39,542 bases of DNA from a virus. Taxonomy: Duplodnaviria; Caudoviricetes. Every line of letters begins with the position of its first letter. Position 1 is the first letter of the stretch. The notes below the pieces were generated by a model. The model saw nothing but the letters and a program-made list of their open reading frames with translations, ran no database searches and was not told where the DNA came from. Of the stretch, positions 34,181 through 39,542 are shown in pieces. The translations under genes and the position numbers were made by a program. The DNA lies in the IMG/VR virus record IMGVR_UViG_3300050162_000080, positions 1 to 39,542 of that record; one strand, written 5' to 3'.

Positions 34181-36383
34181 AAGTGATACCTCCTAACGTA
34201 TCGGAGAAATCAGGCAGCTTCAAACTGCGAGAAACAAAGTTGTGAATGTCATCAAAGACCAAGGTTCCAATGTTACCGGAATGGTTTGTTCTTTGGTAAA
34301 AGGTGCTGGGGCTTTCTCCCAGGATGACAAATGGGGACAGCAGAGAAGTAACGTCCAAATCCTCCATGGCTTCTTCAAGTTCAGTTTGCTTGGTTTCCTT
34401 GAAAGTATTGAATGCTGCAGATTCCGAAGCCAGATCACTGGAATAGCTTTGGAGTTCTGTGTTGATTGCAGAAGTCAAACCCGAAGAAATCTGCAACAGG
34501 GTCTGAGCTTGCAGTCCAACCTGAGTGGTTGCAGTGGCACCAACCGTAGCAGTCTGCTGAATACCGTATGCGGCAGCAATGACAGCAGCCACCATGGCTA
34601 CTTCTGGTCCCACTGCTTTGACAAAGATTTTGAAGCCTTCACGAATAGCGAAGTAAATCAGAATCTTGTATGCCAATACCATGGCAATTTCTAAGGCAGT
34701 TGCCGTAGACAAAAATGCCAATGCGGCAGTAATTGCACTACCACCGTCTGCACCCAAAGAAGCCACTGTGATTACCACGGCCACCACCAGGAGCAATGCT
34801 CCAAACCAAGATTGCTGATACCACTTCAATGTGGTCACGACCTTGCTATTGCAAACCAGGTGCATTGACCTGGCATATAAGTTTTCAGCATCCCGTGAGT
34901 TGTATTTACGGGTGATACCTCGATCCAGAGGAACCAGCATGATTTCAGAATCATCATCACCTACCGTGGTTTGGTGTGACCCATCCACGTTGTATTTCAT
35001 GACCAGATTCAATACCTGAATCTCATCATAGAAGTTTTCAGTGATCTGCTTCCGGTAATACCGAATACGTCTTTTCAAACCATATTCAGTGGTGGCAGTG
35101 GTGTCACCTCGGGTGAATTCACCCACGTCAGATACCTTACCCATCTTACGGGACTTTTCCATCCCGTCGTAGATCAAGCTCATTTCCAAAGCGTTGTCTT
35201 TGATGGAAATGGTTTTGGAATTGACGTATTTGGCAGATACCCCAAGCACTGCCTTGGTGGTTTTTACATACTCAGAGTCCGTACTGGGAGATGCCTGATA
35301 TACCGCATCAAAGAACTCATAGAGGTACCTCAATTCATTTGAATTGGTGGAATCGGCAGGCACAGCGAATGTCAGAAATGCCTGCTCCACGCTCTTGATG
35401 TCAGGGTTTTCATGCAAGCCTTCGCACAGATCATCGAAGTCCACCCCGATGTACCCTGACATTTTTTTCTGAGATTTGTACCGTTGTGAGGATTTATCTG
35501 TAGCAATGGAAGTTTTGTTGAGTCGGTAGTAGATATTGGGATAAAAGTCTCCCACCACTGTCTGCGATGTGGTCAACACCGAATCCAGAATAGTGACTAC
35601 ACCCGACCCGTATTTGTACATCCAGTATTTCACCTGACCGTTGTATTCATATTTGGCATGGAAGTAATCCCCATTCAAATCTGCATACCGAACGGGCATG
35701 ACAAACGAATCCCTGACAAACTGCTTTTGACCATTGACGGTTTTTTCCCAGATGTATTTCACCCGAATCTGTACCACAGACAGGGTATTGATAATCACTG
35801 GTTTGGTGGCAGTAAAGTAGGATGCCAGGGTTACTTGCCGACTTGGGGTAACTCCCGTATTTGGGGGATTACTCCATACAGTAGTTTCCTTTTCATCGTA
35901 GGAACTCATGAGTGAAGCAGGAAACTCCACATACATGTCTTCCAAATACACGTCCTGATTGAGTTGGGAACTCAATACCCCCAACCGATTGTTGGCAATG
36001 GAATACCCATGGTGCTCCAACAAATCCATCCAAGCCATATGAATTAAATTGGTGCCACCAAATCTCATGTACTCAATCAGTACCGGGCCCCCTTCAAGAG
36101 TATCTAAAACACTTTGGACCTGATCAAACCCCTGAGTATCTGAATAAATTTCCCCACTGGGCAAACCAAATTCAGTGTCTTTCTTAACGTAGGCATACAT
36201 TCTCTCTGCCCGATTGGACAGAGAAGAGATGCTGGCTTCCAGAATACTGTCGATGAAGTCATCATCGGTGTACATGGAAGTGATCATTGCGGATCGAATT
36301 GAATCCGGCAATTGCTCGTCTTTGATGATCCGGCTGATATTGGTTCCAACCGTGGTGACCTTCTTGCTGGAAAAAATACCCAT
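34173..36383 (-). CDS. Virion structural protein (N4 gp53-like)
   Basis: MGIFSSKK start, KWYQ followed by hydrophobic helices, GESP..FY.RT near the C-terminus. Synteny. Confidence 0.8.
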   Translation of the reverse strand: MGIFSSKKVTTVGTNISRIIKDEQLPDSIRSAMITSMYTDDDFIDSILEASISSLSNRAERMYAYVKKDTEFGLPSGEIYSDTQGFDQVQSVLDTLEGGPVLIEYMRFGGTNLIHMAWMDLLEHHGYSIANNRLGVLSSQLNQDVYLEDMYVEFPASLMSSYDEKETTVWSNPPNTGVTPSRQVTLASYFTATKPVIINTLSVVQIRVKYIWEKTVNGQKQFVRDSFVMPVRYADLNGDYFHAKYEYNGQVKYWMYKYGSGVVTILDSVLTTSQTVVGDFYPNIYYRLNKTSIATDKSSQRYKSQKKMSGYIGVDFDDLCEGLHENPDIKSVEQAFLTFAVPADSTNSNELRYLYEFFDAVYQASPSTDSEYVKTTKAVLGVSAKYVNSKTISIKDNALEMSLIYDGMEKSRKMGKVSDVGEFTRGDTTATTEYGLKRRIRYYRKQITENFYDEIQVLNLVMKYNVDGSHQTTVGDDDSEIMLVPLDRGITRKYNSRDAENLYARSMHLVCNSKVVTTLKWYQQSWFGALLLVVAVVITVASLGADGGSAITAALAFLSTATALEIAMVLAYKILIYFAIREGFKIFVKAVGPEVAMVAAVIAAAYGIQQTATVGATATTQVGLQAQTLLQISSGLTSAINTELQSYSSDLASESAAFNTFKETKQTELEEAMEDLDVTSLLSPFVILGESPSTFYQRTNHSGNIGTLVFDDIHNFVSRSLKLPDFSDTLGGITYG

Positions 36384-36397
36384 GTTCAGTACCAATT

Positions 36398-36422
36398 AAA
36401 AAGGGAGCACAAGGCTCCCTTT
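36398..36422 (-). terminator. Rho-independent terminator
   Basis: AAAAAGGGAGC-ACAAG-GCTCCCTTT as read on the + strand, giving a T-run on the - strand. Confidence 0.7.
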
Positions 36423-36440
36423 GTCAAACCAGGAAAGGAA

Positions 36441-37121
36441 TCAGGCCCCGACACCATTGAGCAGTTTGGTCACTGCACGGCCCACAGCCGAGTCGTAAAG
36501 CATGTTGGTGGAGTCAGCCACCGTAGCTTCGTCAGTCGTTCGACGGGTGGCCCAGCTCTTGATCATCAGGTCGGCAGCCTTTTGCTCTGCATCTCGCGCA
36601 TACCCATTGGTTTGGGCGTAGTACAGGGCCTTCTGACGACCAATCACGCTGTCAGCATCCACACCCAGGGAAGTCGTTTGCGCCTTCTCAGTGAGGATTT
36701 TCTGATTGGCCAAGGCCACTTCAGCGTTCACCCGCAGAGTGGTTGCCTGGGTGTTGTCAAATTGAGCTTGCAGAAGACACTTCTGAGCCACCAGGACATC
36801 ATTCTCAGCCACGGCATTGAGCACTTGCTGATCCACCAAAGCCTTCTGGCTTTGAACCATGACCACTTCTTGCTGCAGCTTTTGTGCAGCCAGGGTAGCT
36901 TGGTCACGTTGCAGCAGAAACTGAACCGATGCAGAAAGCACAGCCTGCATCGAACCCAGGTAAACAGATGCGTACTCTGAGCCCTTGATTCGACCAGCTT
37001 TGAACTCTGCTTCCAGGTGCTGCCTCTGAGCACGCATCAAGGCATCGAAGACGCCTGTGCCGTCTACGGTGACGGTGGACAAAGATTCAAGAGTAATGGG
37101 AGTAACAAGAGCAGTCGTCAT
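36441..37121 (-). CDS. Virion structural protein (N4 gp54-like)
   Basis: GTGVFDALM...GRIKGSEYA.VYL and GRQKALY.AQ. Synteny. Confidence 0.8.
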   Translation of the reverse strand: MTTALVTPITLESLSTVTVDGTGVFDALMRAQRQHLEAEFKAGRIKGSEYASVYLGSMQAVLSASVQFLLQRDQATLAAQKLQQEVVMVQSQKALVDQQVLNAVAENDVLVAQKCLLQAQFDNTQATTLRVNAEVALANQKILTEKAQTTSLGVDADSVIGRQKALYYAQTNGYARDAEQKAADLMIKSWATRRTTDEATVADSTNMLYDSAVGRAVTKLLNGVGA

Positions 37122-37154
37122 ACAGCGATCCGTTTACCTGGGGGCTTCAGTTAC

Positions 37155-37703
37155 TTACACAGACGCCGTGCCATTGGCCATGGCTTGGCGTTGGGCCAGT
37201 TCTTTCAGTTCTTCTTCCGTCAGCTTGGGAAGGACTTCAATGGCGAATTCCTTGATCAGCTTGCCACGGCGAACCGAGTTGCCTTTGTCATCCTTGGCCG
37301 AGTAGAAGACCTGGCACTGTCGGTCAACCATTTGGTTGTAGATGATCCGGGGAACGTGCCAACCATCGTCTGCATTGAACGGTACAAACTTCTTGAACGT
37401 ACCCACCACAGTGTTGCTGACGGTGAAGATTTCACCTTCCCATTCACGCTTGGCCGGGTTCATGCAAGTCACACGAATGCGGATCAGCTCATTGGCTTCG
37501 TTGAACAGCTCTTGGCGTGCCTTGTTGGAGAGTTGATCCACCGAAGTGATTTCAGACTTCTCTTCACTCATGGCAGCAGCGATCTTTTCACGCAGCTTGT
37601 CCAGACCAATGGAGGGGTGGTAACTGATACCCAGAAGGTCAGCACGACCTTTCAGGACGGTCAGTTGATCCGGGGTGTCGTTGTCTTGTTCGTGTGCAGA
37701 CAT
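37155..37703 (-). CDS. N4 gp55-like protein
   Basis: LKGRADLLGISYHPSIGLDKLREKI, TCMNPAK and LPKLTEEELKELA. Directly after the MCP. ATG at 37703. Confidence 0.8.
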   Translation of the reverse strand: MSAHEQDNDTPDQLTVLKGRADLLGISYHPSIGLDKLREKIAAAMSEEKSEITSVDQLSNKARQELFNEANELIRIRVTCMNPAKREWEGEIFTVSNTVVGTFKKFVPFNADDGWHVPRIIYNQMVDRQCQVFYSAKDDKGNSVRRGKLIKEFAIEVLPKLTEEELKELAQRQAMANGTASV

Positions 37704-37738
37704 TAGTAATCCAACAGTTGTGACGATTTTTATGTAAA

Positions 37739-37766
37739 CCAGTGGAGGAATCACTTCCCCCACTGG
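37739..37766 (-). terminator. Hairpin after major capsid gene
   Basis: CCAGTGGAGGAA-TCAC-TTCCCCCACTGG, followed by TTT on the - strand. Confidence 0.6.
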
Positions 37767-37775
37767 ATGCCATCA

Positions 37776-38981
37776 TCAGATGGCTGCGACGGTCTTGATC
37801 AGACCAAGGCGTTCAGGACGCAGAGCCATGAAGCCGTAGTACCACTTGATCGACATGAAGCCGGTTTCACCGTAAGGATCATCCTTGTCGGCAGCAGCTT
37901 CACCAGGCTTGCGACTGTAGATCGTGAACTTCACGCCCTTACCATCAGTCTGGAAGCTGATCGTGGTGAAGGAACCTTCACCGATCACCAGCATCGGGAA
38001 CACGTCAAACTTGCTGCCCGTCGAGTACATGGTGGTGTTGCCAGCAGTGGCAGCACCAGCACCGGCCCACTTCATCATCTCAGGAACCACGACGATGCGG
38101 AACTGGTCAATGGCACCAATTTCACCGGTCAGGGTTTGACCACCAGCAGCGTACTTCTCCACCGGGATAAAAGCCGGGTTGTTGAAGAGATCCTTCATGG
38201 CCTTCAGGGTGGGAATCAGTTCCGAACCCACGTACATGGCACGGGCACCAGGAATGGTCTTGGTGTCAATCTGACGGGTACCCGTGAAAGCAGTGGTCTG
38301 CTTCGGGGTACGGTTGTTGTCCAGGTCGATGGACAGACGCATCAGGTCACCGTAGGCCACCAGCGAGGTGGCATTCATGGCACCCACGGACAGGGCAGCA
38401 CCACACAGACGAACCACACCAGCCGAGTTCAGCAGGTCGATCTGCAGAGCGTCTTCGGTCATCTCACTGGCACCATTGACCATCTCACGAGCGATGTGCT
38501 GTTCAAGCTGATCGTCCGAGTCGAAGTCCAGGGATTCCTGGGTGTACTCATCGAAGAAGCCGAACTTCTCGAAAGTACCTTCGATGGTTTTACGCTTGAA
38601 ACCCACACGGTTCACACGACCACCAGTTTCAGACAGGGCGGGCAGCTTGCCAGAAATGGTGCCCACGTCTTTCGACGAACCATACAGGTTGCCGTTGGCA
38701 CTGGTCAGGCCAAGGGCGTCAATGCCTTGATCGTTGATGTTTCGATCATCCAGCAGAGGCAGGTAGTGATACTGCACAATCTTCTTGCCCATGTTCTTAG
38801 GCATAGCACGGGCATCAGCAAGCTGAGTGAAGTATTGCTCCTTGCGGGCTTCAATCAGGGCTTGCTTGTAGAAGTAATCGGTACGAATCTGATTACCAGC
38901 CGGCGAAGTGGCGGTAGCAGCAGCAGCAATCGAAGATTCGGTGCCCTCAGCAGGGGCGTTGTATTTCATTGGACCAGCCAT
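37776..38981 (-). CDS. Major capsid protein (N4 gp56 family)
   Basis: MPKNMGK, GNLYGSSKD, GGRVNRVGF, GEIG, DPYGETGF.SIKWYYG...LRPER. AGGAG RBS. Confidence 0.96.
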   Translation of the reverse strand: MAGPMKYNAPAEGTESSIAAAATATSPAGNQIRTDYFYKQALIEARKEQYFTQLADARAMPKNMGKKIVQYHYLPLLDDRNINDQGIDALGLTSANGNLYGSSKDVGTISGKLPALSETGGRVNRVGFKRKTIEGTFEKFGFFDEYTQESLDFDSDDQLEQHIAREMVNGASEMTEDALQIDLLNSAGVVRLCGAALSVGAMNATSLVAYGDLMRLSIDLDNNRTPKQTTAFTGTRQIDTKTIPGARAMYVGSELIPTLKAMKDLFNNPAFIPVEKYAAGGQTLTGEIGAIDQFRIVVVPEMMKWAGAGAATAGNTTMYSTGSKFDVFPMLVIGEGSFTTISFQTDGKGVKFTIYSRKPGEAAADKDDPYGETGFMSIKWYYGFMALRPERLGLIKTVAAI

Positions 38982-38994
38982 AAAAGCTCCTTAA

Positions 38995-39542
38995 TTACAT
39001 GAGATGTGGAAGACCAATCTTGGAGAATTCCTCATCGGACAAAGCCAGAGGATTCAAATCCTTGAGCGGTCGCCCACCAACTGCGGGTTTGGTTGTGCTG
39101 GCAGCACGGCGTTTGTCTTTGATCTTCTCGTCTTCAACCTTCTTCGGTTTCGGCTCGACGACAACTTTTTCCACTGGCTTCGTTTGTTGCCCCTTTGATC
39201 CAAGGTGGGCAAACTTGCCTTGTTGGTGCATTGCGTCACCGACTTGCCGGTAGGCTTCAAGAGTCGAAAGACCCTTCAGACGGCCAAAGACCTGTTGCCG
39301 TTCAACCTCTGCTGAAATCAGGTCGTACACCCCTGATTCAATATGCGACGTGATCAGTCGCAGCAGTTGGGGATTCTCGGCAGCAATTTCTTTGCTTTTA
39401 TCGTCCCACTGGGTACCGACGACATCGACCGTTCGCTTGTATGCAGGCGACGAGGAAATCTCATCAAGCACTTCATCAAGCTCGATTTCCGAGTCTTTGA
39501 CAGCACGCACAGTTGGCCGATAGCCATCTGACTTTTGGGTGT
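38995..39542 (-). CDS. N4 gp57-like protein, 5'-truncated by the window edge
   Basis: Frame is open to the end of the window. WDDKSK, YRQVGD and NPLALSDEEF. Precedes the MCP. Confidence 0.8.
   Translation of the reverse strand, partial: TQKSDGYRPTVRAVKDSEIELDEVLDEISSSPAYKRTVDVVGTQWDDKSKEIAAENPQLLRLITSHIESGVYDLISAEVERQQVFGRLKGLSTLEAYRQVGDAMHQQGKFAHLGSKGQQTKPVEKVVVEPKPKKVEDEKIKDKRRAASTTKPAVGGRPLKDLNPLALSDEEFSKIGLPHLM

Noticed and set aside
37767-39002. 411-aa + strand ORF
   Set aside because: It is an antisense mirror of the major capsid gene.

Overview
This window is the central and late part of an N4-like (Schitoviridae-type) podophage genome. Hallmarks are a 3665-aa cysteine-free virion RNA polymerase and N4-like synteny: exonuclease, primase, Sak4-like ATPase, SSB and resolvase on the + strand, converging on the vRNAP, ejection, structural and major capsid genes on the - strand. 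It also carries thyX, nrdB/nrdA, a tail-fibre block and a holin, SAR endolysin and embedded-spanin lysis cassette. Unusually for this mostly lytic group, it has a complete integration module: an excisionase, an intact tyrosine integrase, and an attP holding the 3' half of a tRNA-Val(TAC) flanked by two IHF consensus sites. Features the ORF track does not show: (1) a candidate -1 programmed frameshift (C CCA AAA plus a pseudoknot or hairpin) that would fuse a catalytically intact staphylococcal-nuclease domain onto the gp51-like ejection protein; (2) an 803-nt group I intron with an HNH/AP2 homing endonuclease splitting the Sak4-like gene; (3) an aberrant tRNA-like RNA; (4) a covarying hairpin motif with a CCTCCGT loop; (5) a natural Tyr-to-Phe change in vRNAP motif B. 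All family assignments come from motif recognition and synteny, not database searches.
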